Positions 13,777-32,685 of a stretch of 64,000 nt of DNA are shown here, piece after piece. The notes beneath the pieces are model-generated. The model saw nothing but the letters and a program-made list of their open reading frames with translations. It had not been told where the DNA came from and ran no database searches. Location: positions 4,416,001 through 4,480,000 of the forward strand of contig CM000151.3 of the NCBI GenBank assembly GCA_000004695.1, written 5' to 3'. The first letter of the stretch is position 1. Every line of letters starts with the position of its first letter. A program made the translations under genes and the position numbers. The DNA comes from Dictyostelium discoideum (lineage: Eukaryota).

Positions 13777-14625
13777 CTTGTAATTCTTGTAATCTTGCTT
13801 GTTCTTCTTGTAATTGCTGTAATGTTGGATGTTGTCTTGATGTTTGTTCTGGTGTTTGTGTTACAAATTCTTCATTATTTTGTTGTTGTTCTTGTTGTTG
13901 TCTTTGATGTTGGTGATGATGCTGTTGTTGTTGTCTTTGATTATCTTGTGGCGAACGATTACCACCTGCGCCTAGTGATAATGAAATTAAAAGTTTTTGC
14001 ATTTTTTCAGAATTTAAACCTAATGAATCAAATAATAAATCTTCCAAGGTTGTTGTTGTTGAACTCAACCCAATATTATCATTTGAAGTTGATTGAGTAC
14101 CTTTTATTTGTTTATTACTCACTTTAATATTGCTATCATTATTATTGTCACTATTTTTTTGTTGTTCTTTTTGTTGTTGTTTAAATTCTTCTAATAACTC
14201 TTGATTTTCAATTTGTTGATATCTAATAGCCTGTTCTTTTTCAATTTTATTAGCATCTTCAATTATTTTCTCTATTTTATCTAAATAACTATTTATTGGT
14301 GTTTCTAATATAAACTTTTTAAATGTATTGTACAATGATTCAATATCTTTATTAAATTCATCTCTTTCTTTTTCAACTAATTCTCTTTTTGAATTAAATT
14401 CTTGATCATTATTTTTTTTAAAATAGTTATCCTTTTGGGAAAAAAAAAAAAAAAAAAAAAAACAGATCGAGAAAAAGAAAAAAGGTGGTGTTAATACCAA
14501 AGAAATTTTTTTTTTTTTTAAAAAAAAGGGTGAAAATCGAAATCGAATTTTAGATTTAGACATACACAATATCCTATTGAAAATAATAATGAAAATATGA
14601 TTATTAGTGATAATAATATCTTCAT
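13085..14625 (-). CDS. Coiled-coil E/K/Q-rich protein with a predicted signal peptide. 2 exons: 14625..14566 and 14431..13085 (about 467 aa)
   Basis: ATG at 14625 follows a poly-A leader. The 20-codon exon (MKILLSLIIIFSLLFSIGYC) ends at a GTATGT donor (14565). The 134-nt AT-rich intron ends in ttttttttcccaaaAG (14433/14432). Exon 2 is in frame with the track ORF 13085..14569 from DNYFKKNNDQEF onward; the track start MCMSKSKIRF... is translated poly-T. The protein has heptad-like Q/E/K/R-rich coiled-coil sequence and EKEEKERK x3 repeats encoded by a 24-bp tandem repeat. Confidence 0.5.
13381..13470. repeat. 24-bp tandem repeat (TTCCTTCTCCTCCTTTTCTTTTCT x3 plus partials), coding
   Basis: Three near-identical 24-bp units run from 13396 to 13467, with partial flanking copies. 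On the minus strand they encode the EKEEKERK repeat of the coiled-coil protein. Confidence 0.8.
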
Positions 14626-14788
14626 TTTTTTTTTTTTTTTTTTTTTTATATTAAAATAATTTAAAAGTTAAGTGTAGATATAATTTATTGTTAAATAAAT
14701 ATTAAATGATTTTTTTTAAACTATTTATATATTTTTTTTATTTTCCTTCCTTTTTTTTTTTTTCCTTTTTTTTTTTTAATAAAATAAT

Positions 14789-14819
<31 letters not shown>

Positions 14820-16063
14820 TTTGTAGAATGTTTGTGTGTAAGTGTACGTGAACGAATTAGTGTGTATGTATGTGTGTGTGTGTGTTTTTTTAAATCTACA
14901 AATTATTTTTTTTATTTTTTTTTTTTTTTCATACACTTTAAACAAAAAAAAAAAAATATCATTAAATATTAGATATTTATTGAATATTTTATAGGTTAAC
15001 CCAAGGAATGTTTTAATTAAAAAATGGTGAATCAATAAATCCACAAAGTCTCAAAATAGAATCTAAAAACTTTAATAGTTAAATGTGGTGTTGATCAATA
15101 TTCATAATAAGAAACTTTTTTATGTAATTTGTTTGAATAAATAATATTAAAAAAATAAACCAATAGTAAGAGTAAAAATACCAATATTATTACAAAAACT
15201 TAATTTTTCAAACAATATTATTTAATTCTTATAAAAAAAATAAACTAAACAAATAAAAATAAAAATAAAATAAAAAAAAAAAATTTTACCTCTGGTTTAA
15301 TTACTTCCTGGTAAAAGTTTTATTTATTTAAACTATTATCAATAATTAATAAAAAATAAAAAAAATAAATTGAACACTTCATTATTTGTCAATAAAAAAA
15401 AAAGATATTATTTTTATTTTTATTTTTTTTATTTTTTTTTTTTTTTATGTAATTTAATAATATACATTTAATAAATGATAACAATTATGTCACAATAATT
15501 ATAAATTGAGTCAAAAAAAATTTTGAAGTTCTTGGTAAATGATTCATGATTATGTCACAAAAACGGTGAGAAAAAAAAAAAAAAAAAAATAATCTTTGGA
15601 TGATTTCCCAAGTTGTGTGGAGATAATAAACCGGATCATTTATAAATAATTACATTACAATCATAACCATATGGTTTCATTGAGTTCCTTTTTAAGATTG
15701 GAATGATTGTTTCAAAAAAAAAAATAAGTTACAATTCCCATTTTTTTTTTAATTTTAATTTTTTGGAATTAAATTATCGCGTCATGCTTCGCAATTTTTT
15801 TTCAAAAAAAAAATCAGAATGATATTTATTATTTAAAACAATAACTTAGAACCTACAAAAAACAATATTAAATTTAAAAATAGAATTTTGGGAAGCTTAA
15901 AAAAAAACAAAATAATAAATAAATAATTAAAAATAAATATCCTAGTAATTACGTAATTTTTTTTTTTTTTTCTAAAATTTTAAAAGTTTTTTTTAATTTT
16001 TTTTTTTTTTTTGTTTATAAACACTCATAAAAAACTCATCATTTGATTAAAACAAAAAATAAA

Positions 16064-16094
<31 letters not shown>

Positions 16095-16127
16095 TAAAAA
16101 TAAAAATTTTAAAAAAAATATATTAAA

Positions 16128-18435
16128 ATGGAATTACAAACTATTCCAAATAATATTAGCCTTGCTAATGGAGATAGTAAAGGTGTTCAACTAACATTTA
16201 AAAATATTGTTTATAAGGTTGATAATAAAAAGTATAAAAAATTAGTTAAAAAACAAGAAAAAGCTAAAAAAAAGAATGACACTGAAAGTTCCACTGGTGA
16301 TATGAATACTGGTGTATCAACAACAATCGAAAAAGAATTAACAATTTTAAATAATGTTAGTGGTGTTATTGAAAAAGGTGAATTAGGTATGTAAATAATT
16401 TTTTTTATCTTCAAAAATTATATTGGTTGTTTTTATCATTTTTTTTTTTTATCTCTGTCCTTTTTTTTTTCTAAACATTTTTTTTTATTTTTTTTTATTT
16501 TCATTTTTAGTTGCATTGATGGGACCATCAGGTTCAGGTAAATCAACTTTATTGGATATTTTAGCACAACGTAAATCAACTGGTAAAATAACTGGTCAAT
16601 TATTAGTTAATGGTAAAGAAATTGGTGAAGCTTACAAAAAGGTAATTTTCAATTTTTTTTTTTTTTTTATTATTTTTTTTTTTTTTGTCTGCTTTAATTA
16701 TTAATTGTTGAATAAAAAAATTTTATTTTTTAATTTAGTATTGTAGTTATGTTACACAAGAAGATGTTTTATTACAAACTTCAACTGTATTTGAAACATT
16801 AAAATTTTATGCTGATTTAAAACTTCCAGGTGTTTCTGAAATTGAAAAAATTAAAAGAGTTGAACAAATTATTGAAGATATTGGTTTAACAAAGAGAACT
16901 CATTCAAAGATTGGTGGTGTTTTACCAGGTGGTATTTTAATGAAAGGTTTATCAGGTGGTGAAAAACGTAGAGTATGTAATTAGTTATTATTTAAATAAA
17001 ATTTAAAAGTTTTAAATTATTAATAATATATATATATTTTTAAAAATATTAAAAGGTTAGTATTGGTTGTGGTTTAGTTACAAATCCAAGTTTAATATTT
17101 TTAGATGAACCAACAAGTGGTTTAGATTCAGTTGCAGCATTACAAATTATGAAAACATTATTAAATTTAACATTAAAAGGTGTTACAGTAATTTGTAGTA
17201 TCCATCAACCACGTCCTGAAATTTTTGCATTATTTAATAAAGTAATGGTAATTATTAAAGGTAAAATGATTTATAGTGGTAGTAATATTTTGGAATATTT
17301 TGAATCATTAGGTTATCCATGTCCAAATAATACAAATCCAGCAGATTTTTGTTTAGATTCAGCAGTTGAAATTGGTGAAGGTGAACGTTATACTGAAATT
17401 TGTAATCAATGGCAAAAGATTTGGGAGAATGAATTATTGAATGAGATTGAATATCCACCAGTGAATGTAGAGAAACCAAAAACTGCATCATGGGGATACC
17501 AATATTGGATTCTATTAGGTAGAACATGGAAAGATTTCCTACGTAACCAAGGTAATTTCGTAGCAAGAGTTGGTACCGCAGTGGTTACTGGTTTATTATT
17601 TGGTGTTTGTTTTGCAGGTTTAAAAGAGACTGAAGCTGATGTTCAAAAGATTTTAGGTACAATTTTCTTTTTAATTACTGGTTTAAATTTAACACCTTTC
17701 GCAGTGATTTCATTATTCCTTTCTGGTAGAACTCTTTTCAACGCCGAGAGAGCTTCTAAAATTTACCATTCTTTCCCATACTATATGGCGATGGTAACTG
17801 TGGAAACTTTAATTGTATTTTTGGTCGCATTGATTAATGCAGCAATTTGTTATTTATTCGCTCATTTACGTTGGACTGCTGGTCACTTTTTCTTTGCAAT
17901 TATGGTTTATTTCTTTGTTCATTTACTCTCTGATTTTATGATTTCAACAATTGCTAATTTAACTGGTACTAGTGATATGACTTTTGCTTATGGAAGTATG
18001 TATTGAATTTAATCATCTCTAAAAATAATATTTAAATTTTATTTACCTTTGGTACTAACTTTTTATTAAATTTTAAAAATAGGTGGGCTTTCTGTAATTT
18101 ATATGTTATTTGCAGGTTTTTACGTGCCAACAAATGAATTACCAAAATCATTTGGTTGGTTACATTGGGTTAATCCACTTTTTTATTCATTTGTTTCTCT
18201 TGTTGTAAATCAATTTGAAGATTTACCTTTAGAATGTACAAGACCAAATATCCCGGTTGGAAATTCTACTATTCAAATACCATGTCAATTTAGTAATGGA
18301 AATCAAGTTATTGAATATTATGGTATAGATGATTGGACAAGAGGTAGTTCATTTGGTGTTGTTGTTGCATGGACTGTTTTCTTTTTCTGGACTTCATACC
18401 TTGCATTACACTTTTTAAACAAAGAAAAGAGATAA
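16128..18435 (+). CDS. abcG: ABCG-family half transporter (NBD then TMD), paralogue A. 5 exons: 16128..16386, 16511..16641, 16739..16972, 17056..17995, 18083..18435 (about 638 aa)
   Basis: Walker [20 protein letters not shown] signature LSGGEKRRV and Walker [12 protein letters not shown] are present. A 6-helix TMD with the ABCG-type loop follows. Donors are GTATGT, GTAATT, GTATGT and GTATGT; acceptors follow T-rich tracts (tttttAG, aatttAG, aaaAG, aaaatAG). Each exon is in frame with the corresponding track ORFs (16128..16394, 16423..16704, 17149..18006, 18103..18435). Confidence 0.85.
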
Positions 18436-18459
18436 AAAAAAAATTAATTAAAATATTAA

Positions 18460-18516
<57 letters not shown>

Positions 18517-19027
18517 CCATCAACATCAGTATAAAAAATTAATAATAATTATTTTCAAAGTGGCCATCTTGACTTTCACTAATAACAAAATATTTTTTGT
18601 GAAAAGGTTGTGGTTTAAGGGTATTTTTGTCGATAAGTAACCAAATCGATTAATTTTTTTTTAAAAAAAAAAAAAAAAAAAAAAATAAAATTTTCATTTT
18701 CTCAAAAAAATTTTTTTTTCTTAGAAATCTAATCTTAAAAAAAAAAAAATTAATTTTGGGGATAAATGATCAATTTTACAAAAAAAAAAAAAAAAAAAAA
18801 CAACAGATTGTGTGTGATTAGTTTTATTATAATTTTAATATTAAAATAATGGGGATAAAATTTTATATATATGAAAATTTAAAAAAGTGCACTATTTTAT
18901 TTATAATTCCCCACATCAGTATATTTTCTAAATAAGCTTGATCGGTTTACAAAAAACCATGTTCAATCTAAATATATATTTTTTTTTTTTTTTTTTTTAA
19001 ATAAATAAAAAATTCTTAAATTTTAAG

Positions 19028-19076
<49 letters not shown>

Positions 19077-19256
19077 AAAAATATAAAAATAGAATAAAAT
19101 CTTTTTTAATCACTAATTAATATTTTTATTTTAAAAAAATATAAAAATATATTTTTTATATTAATTTTAAATAATATATAAAATAATTAAATTTTTGAAT
19201 TAAAAAAAAAAAAAAAATTTGAAATTAAGAATTTGTTTAATTAATAGATTGAAAAA

Positions 19257-21528
19257 ATGGAGTTGGAAACAATAGAATATAATAAAAGTTTTAATATTTG
19301 CGAAAATGGAGATAGTAAAGGTGTTCAACTTACATTTAAAAATATATCTTATAAGGTAGAAAATAAAAATTATAATAAAAATAAAAAAGAAAAAAATAAA
19401 AATAAAATTGATCCAGAATTTGTTAACCTAGATAATAAAACAGAGAATTCAAATGAAAAAGAAATTACTATTCTATATAATGTTGGTGGTGTTATTGAAA
19501 AAGGAGAATTAGGTAAGTAAATAATTAATTGATTTTTTTTTCTTTTGAAAATGATTTTTATATCTATCCTTTTTTTTTTTTTTTTTTTTTTTTTTATTTT
19601 TATAAACTTTTTTTTTTTTTTTCTAAACTTTTTTTTTTATTTTTTTTTTTTTATTTTTATTTTTAGTTGCATTGATGGGACCATCAGGTTCAGGTAAATC
19701 AACTTTATTGGATATTTTAGCACAACGTAAATCAACTGGTAAAATAACTGGTCAATTATTAGTTAATGGTAAAGAAATTGGTGAAGCTTACAAAAAGGTG
19801 ATTTTTTTTTTTTTTTTTTTCGTCTATTTAAAATTAATTACTAATTGTCGATTAAAAATTTTTATTTTTTAATTTAGTATTGTAGTTATGTTACACAAGA
19901 AGATGTTTTATTACAAACTTACACTGTATTTGAAACATTAAAATTTTATGCTGATTTAAAACTTCCAGGTGTTTCTGAAATTGAAAAAATTAAAAGAGTT
20001 GAAAAAGTAATTGAGGATGTAGGTTTAACATTGAAAAGAGATTCAAGGGTTGGTGGGGTTTTGGCAGGAGGAGTTGCTGTTACTGGTTTATCAGGTGGTG
20101 AAAAACGTAGAGTATGTATTAAACAAATAGTTAATCATTATAAATCATAATTAACAATTTTTTTTATTTTTTTTTAATTAATTTTTTTTAAAAGGTTAGT
20201 ATTGGTTGTGGTTTAATTACAAATCCAAGTTTAATATTTTTAGATGAACCAACAAGTGGTTTAGATTCAGTTGCAGCATTACAAATTATGAAAACATTAT
20301 TAAATTTAACATTAAAAGGTGTTACAGTAATTTGTAGTATCCATCAACCACGTCCTGAAATTTTTCAATTAATTAATAAAGTAATGGTAATTATTAAAGG
20401 TAAAATGATATATAGTGGTAGTAATATTTTGGAATATTTTGAATCATTAGGTTACCCATGTCCAAATAATACAAATCCAGCAGATTTTTGTTTAGATTCA
20501 GCAGTTGAAATTGGTGAAGGTGAACGTTATACTGAAATTTGTAATCAATGGGAAAATAAATGGGAGAATCAACTAACTAATGAAATTGAATATCCATCTT
20601 TGAATGTTGATATTCCAAAAACAACTTCATGGGTATACCAATATTGGATTCTCCTAAATAGAGAATGGAGAGGATTTATTAGAAATAAAGGAAATGCATT
20701 ATCAAGAGTAATCACAGGTATGTACATTTATATTAATTTTTATTTTAATAAAATCCAATAATAAAATTATTAATATTAAATTGAAATATAGCAATTGTTA
20801 TTGGAGCACTTTTTGGATCGTGTTTTGCAGGTCTTAAAGAATCAGATGCAGATGTTCAAAAAATTATGGGTACACTTTTCTTTTTAACCACTGGTTTAAT
20901 GTTATCACCATTTTCAATGATTACTCTTTTCCTTTCAGGTAGACAATTGTTCAATTCAGAGAGAGCTTCAAAAATATATCATTCTTTTCCTTATTTTTTA
21001 TCAATGATTACTGTTGAACTAACGATTGAATTCTTTGTAACATTGGTAGAAGTAACAGTTTGTTATATGTTGGCTCGTTTGAGGATGGATGCCGGTAGAT
21101 TTTTCTTTGCTGTTTTAGTATACAGTTTTATTCACTCACTTTCAACCTTTTTTATTAGTTCATTAGCTAATTTGACTGGTACAAGTGATTTAACATTCTC
21201 ATATGCTTCTTCATTAAGTGTTGTTTTCATGCTATTTGCAGGTTTTTATGTTCCTACAAATGAATTACCAAGAGCATTTGGATGGCTTCATTGGGTCAAC
21301 CCAGCATTTTATGGTTATTCTTCAGTTGTAATAAATCAATTTGAAGATTTACAATTAAAGTGTACAGATGAACCATGCAAGTTTACCAATGGAAATCAAG
21401 TTATTGAATATTATGGAATTGAAGATTGGACAAGAGGTGGATCATTTGGAGTTTTGGTAGCTTGGGCAACATTTTTTTATTCATTAAGTTATTTTGCATT
21501 GCACTTTTTACACAGAGAAAAAAGATGA
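19257..21528 (+). CDS. abcG: ABCG-family half transporter, paralogue B (tandem duplicate of A). 5 exons: 19257..19512, 19667..19797, 19878..20111, 20195..20717, 20792..21528 (about 626 aa)
   Basis: The motifs and the first three intron positions match paralogue A, and exons 2 and 3 are the same length (131 and 234 nt). The fourth intron (GTATGT at 20718 to atatAG at 20791) is at a different position from A. Across the site where A has its fourth intron, B reads straight through ([20 protein letters not shown]). Confidence 0.85.
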
Positions 21529-21705
21529 AATATAAAGAAAGAGATAAAAATTTAAAATTAAAAAAAAATAAAGAAATAAAAAAAAAAATTATTTATAAAT
21601 ATGTTTTATTGGGTTTGTTTTTTTTTTTTTTTTTATACAATTGTTATTATTTTTTTGTTTACTAAAAAATTTTTGTTATTATTATTATTATTTTTTTATA
21701 CACTT

Positions 21706-22808
21706 TTATCTACTTTTATTTAAATCAGCACGAGTTATAAGTCTATTCATTGGAGAATTTGGGTCAACTTGATTTCTATTTGAAGAGTTTAGTTCTGGAT
21801 GTGATTGAATTCTTTGCATTGAAGAATTTAAATCAGCTCTACTATGATTTCTAATCATTGAAGATTGAATTTCACCGTGTGGACTTCTTTGTTGAACTGT
21901 TGAATTAAATTCAACACGTGGTGAACCAACTCTTAAATGTTGTGGATTTATATCAGCATGGGAGATAATTCTTTGATTTGGAATATTATTTAATCTATGT
22001 TGTGGAACTGTTCTTAATGTTGATGGATTAACTTCAACATGAGATGTTAAAACTCTTGGAATTGGATGATTAAAATCTGGATGTGAATACATTCTTGGCA
22101 TTGAACTATTTGAATCTGGAACGTGTCCGGCGAATCTTTGCATTGTAGAATATAAATCTGGATGAGAACTAATTCTATTCATTGAGTTTAATTCTTGAGT
22201 TGAAGCAATTTTCTTAATTGAAGAGATGATTGAATTCTTTCTTTGATTATAACCTTCATCATCAACAAATTCAGAATTTGATTCTAAATTTAAATCTTTA
22301 CTATCAGCATCTGAATCAATTGATTCATCATCATCATCGTCATCATATGGATGGTGACCATTACTAAGATTACGACGGTGATGTGTACCACCACTACCAT
22401 CTTTGGTTTCATTATTATTATTATCGTGATGGTGATGATGATGTGGTTTCTTTTCATCATATCTTGATTTCTTTTCTTCCATATAGTTCTTGTAATCTTG
22501 ACTGAATGGGAGTGGAATATCCTTGAAATGACTATAGGTATCAGCACATTGAACATGTTCACTTTCAACACGGAAGAAAATGAATTGAGCAGCCCATGCA
22601 ATTTCAGACAATGAAAACCAGAATAAAAACAATGGATGATCTAATTTATATGATGTACCTTGTCTAATTGAAAAAACAATTAACCATACAAATCTAAAGA
22701 ATGTATCAAATGACATTGCAACATAATAAACCCATTTTCTTTTAAATACCATTTTTTCTCTTAATGGCCATTGTTTATTAGTTTTATAATTTAAAAATAA
22801 ACCTATTT

Positions 22809-22852
<44 letters not shown>

Positions 22853-24733
22853 TATTAATATAAATTAATTATTAAAAAAAAAAAATAATAAAATTAAAAA
22901 ACTTACCCCAATCAACAGTAAAATCAGCATAAAGTTTATAAACTGTACCAACGACATTGATGATAAACCATAAGATTTTAATCCAACTCCATTCCTTATT
23001 ACCATAATTATTTGCAACCCATAAAAGAATATTAGTAACAATTGAAAATGTAGATCTAATAGCACTAGTTATATGTGGGAAGAATTGACCAGTTTCCCAG
23101 AAACGACGTACACATTGCATAACACGCCAGTAGAATGGTAAAACACTTAAAATTGGGAAGATTACAGCTTTATGTTTAAAACAAACACCAGATGGAGAAT
23201 AAAGTGGATCATTAAATTTAAACATACAGACTATTTGTTGCATATTGAATAAAAATTCACCCAAACATAATAATTGTACAGACATAAAGAAATCTGGGAA
23301 TCTAACTGGAACGAATGGGGCTTGAACAACTTTAGACATTTTATGTAAAACCCAAAATCTAGTACGATGAGCCAATACTTTAAATGGTAGAATTAAAAAG
23401 AAAATTGAACCCAAGATAAATAACAATGGAATTAAAAGTAAGTAACGAGAAGTTTCTGGACTACCAGTTTTATTTGAAATTGAATCAACATAAACATTGA
23501 AAACCACTAGCCACATTGTTACAAAAATCATACCATACATTAAATATCTTGATGAAGATCTTTTAATATCAGGTTTTAGTTCAAAAATAAATACATAATT
23601 AATACCAGCTTTCTCCCATAGTTTAGTCATCAAAGCAAATAAAGTACCGAGAATAATTGGTAAAGAGGAAATACGGAATAGCAACCAAGCCATTGGAGAA
23701 TTTTTGGGAGAATCAGCAACATCTGGGAAATAATAATAAAATTTGAAAATTACTTGAGCAATTAAAATAGCACTTGCACCAATTAAGAAACCAATAATAT
23801 AATTTTGAAATTGATTAACTTGTTTATTGGTTCTAATTTGATTATTTGCCAATTTAATATCATTACCAGTGAAATAACGAGCGTAAATTTGTTTAATTCT
23901 TCTTGATAACTCTCTAACTGGACTATTGGTAGAGGTTAATCTTGTATTTTCTAAATATTTTCTACACTCTTTGGCAATTCTTGGATTTATTTTTTCATAT
24001 TTATCCAATATCTTATAGAAACCATCCAAATTCAAATTTTTATAAGATTCTAATGATTCCAAATAATGGTAGTTATCATGGAAACCTTGTTTAACATAAT
24101 CAATATTTCTTATGGTTCTTAGTTGTTCATTATCTGATAAAAATGGAATCATACCAACCAGATCGACACATTTGAATTTAGTCTTTCTATAACGGTCAAC
24201 AAAGAATATATCCACTTTATTTACTTGATCAATGAAACCGTCTTGAAAAGTTTCTTGTGGAACGAATACAGTAGCACCTGTAATATTATTACTTGCAACC
24301 ATTTCAATTTGAGATGAAATACCACCACCATCCAATTGAAATTCGTCACCTTCAATCTCACTACTACTACCGAGACCTTTGTTTTTTGGTGAACGTGATA
24401 CCATTCTACTTAATCTATTATTTGTATTTTTGGCTATTTTTTTCAATCTTTTAACACCTTTATTAATTCCTTTTTTAACTTTAACTCTACTACCAGCTGT
24501 TGCTGTTATATTTATAATCTCACCATTATCATCAATAACCAATTCATCCATTTCAATCTCATCATCATCACCACCATCTTCATCACCAACAACACCATTA
24601 CCATTTTCATTTTCATCATCTTCATCTTCACCAGAACTTTCTTGTGGAGCCATTTGATTTGGTATTGAAATATTATTTGAATTTGTTTGTTCACCATCTT
24701 TTAATGTATTATTATTATTATTATTATTATTTA

Positions 24734-24797
<64 letters not shown>

Positions 24798-24971
24798 TTT
24801 ATTTATATTATTTTGTTCTTCTGGGGATAATGGTAAATCAATTATTGCACTATTTAATATTTCAGCATTTATATATTCATTGTCTATTAAATTTTTTAAA
24901 TATTCATAATCTATATATTTATCTCTCCAATGACTAACTTTATTATCTTTTAAATAATCTCTAAATTTCAT
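21706..24971 (-). CDS. SPX-EXS domain membrane protein (XPR1/PHO1-like phosphate exporter family). 2 exons: 24971..22907 and 22802..21706 (about 1053 aa)
   Basis: The N-terminus MKFRDYLKDNKVSHWRDKYIDYEYLKNLI is a canonical SPX start. A poly-Asn/acidic insert and then about 8 TM helices follow. The EXS region spans the intron (…FTVDWG | LFLNYKTNKQWPLREKMVFKRKWVYYVAMSFDTFFRFVWL). Donor is G|GTAAGT at 22906 and acceptor aaaaaatAG at 22804/22803, giving a 104-nt intron. The track ORFs 22872..24971 and 21706..22752 are joined in frame. Confidence 0.85.
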
Positions 24972-26898
24972 TTTATTATTTTATAAATTTTCCAAGATTT
25001 TTATTTTTATATTTATATTTTAATTTTTTTTTTTTTTTTAAAAAATAATTTATAATTATTATTATTTTTTTTTTATTATTATTATTATTTTAAATATTAT
25101 TAAACAACTAAATTAATTGAGTTTTAAAATATTATTTATTTATTTAATTATTTACTTTTTATTTTTTTTATTTATTTATTTTTTTTTTTTTTTTATTATT
25201 TAAATTAAAAAAAAAAAAATTATTTATTTATTTATTTAATATTTTTTATTTTTTTTTTTTTTTTTTTATTTTATTATTTTTTTTTTTTTTAATAACCAAA
25301 AAAAAAATTTTTTTGACGTAATACAATAAAAATTGGAATACAATCAAATCAATTATTGTGTGTGGATTTCTTTATAAAAGTGATTAATTAAAAAAACAAA
25401 AAAAAAATTGATTAAATTTAAAGTGACAAAGGAATCAGTGAAAAAAAAACAAAAAAAAAAACAAAAAATAATAAAAAAAAAAATAAAAATAAAAAAAAAT
25501 TGAATTAAACAGAGTTGACATTCACATTTTTTCTTTAACTGGTATTTTTGCTGGAATGTATGATAAAAATAAACTCAAAAATTTTTTTTTTTTTTGTGCG
25601 GAAAAAAAACTCTCATAAAAATTTAAACATAAAGTTTGACAATCAACAAATCTCTGGGCATGTTTAAAAAAAAATAAAAAAAAAAAAAAAAAAATAAAAA
25701 AATTAAACAAAAAAATTAAAATATAAAACAAAAAAGTATTTTTTTTTTTTTTTTTTTTTTTATTTGTTTATAGCACCTTATACACAGGTTAAAAAAATGT
25801 GATAATATTTTTAATAACCCCTTTTTGATAGTATTTTATTTTTTATTTATTTTTTTTTTAATTTTTTTTAATTTTTTTTTTTTTTTAGATTTGTTGGTGT
25901 GTATTTTTATAATAATTTAAAATAAAAGGGTTTATTTTTTATTTTGTTTGGGTTTTTTTTTTAATAATTATTATTATAATAGATTTGTTTAACTTATCCT
26001 GTGTGTGATCGTTTTTTCTCTGTGTTTTTTTTTTTTTTTGACTGGGCATTTCTTTGTTTTTTTTCATTTTTTTTTTTTCATTTTTTTCATTTTTTTTTAT
26101 TTTTTTTTATTTTTTTTTACTTTTTTATTTTTTTTCTGTTTAGATTTCTGTTTTTTTTCCAACGGTCACTTAATAAATTAATTAATTTGATGACGATGAT
26201 GATTTTTGCTTTTTTCGTAAAAAGATCTTGATTTTATAAAAAAAATAAAAATTCTTTAATTTATTTTTATTTTTTTTTTTTTTTTTTTTTTTTTTTATTT
26301 TATGTGGTAAATTTTTTTTTTTTTTTAATCATTTTTTTTTTTTTTTCAATCATTTTCTTTATTTAATTTTTTTTTTTTTTTTTTTTTTTTAATCATTTTT
26401 TTAGTCTTGGTTGGTAATTTTAAAACTCAACTATTGTCATTTTGTTTTTTTTAACTCAAATTAATTTTCATCTTGAGTTTTATTTTTCAGCCATTCTCAA
26501 ATTATTAGAGTGAATTGATTTGAACATTACTGCTCAAAATAATTTGCATTCAAGAGTCTGAATAGGATTTAAACTCGATGCCCCTCATCAGAATTTTTAG
26601 TTGATTACTATTTATTATTAATAAAAAAAAAAAAAAAAAAAAAAGAAAAAAAAAATTATAATTTTTAATATTTATGTGTTTGTGTTTTTTATTTTTAATA
26701 AAGGTTTTTATTAATTTAGTATATTTAAAAATATAATATGTAATTGAAAGTTATAAGGAAGTGGAAAAATAATTTTCTTTTTTTTTTTTTTCTTTTAAAA
26801 AAGTTATATAATACAAAAAAGTTTATTTTTCTGTTTTTTTTTTTATTTTAATTTTTTTAAATACTAAATATTAAATAATTACTATTAATATTTTTTTA

Positions 26899-32685
<5,787 letters not shown>

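Noticed and set aside
14706-15044. ORFs 14706..14972 (+) and 14817..15044 (-)
   Set aside because: They are translations of intergenic poly-T and (GT)n low-complexity sequence, with no ATG context and no coding-like composition.
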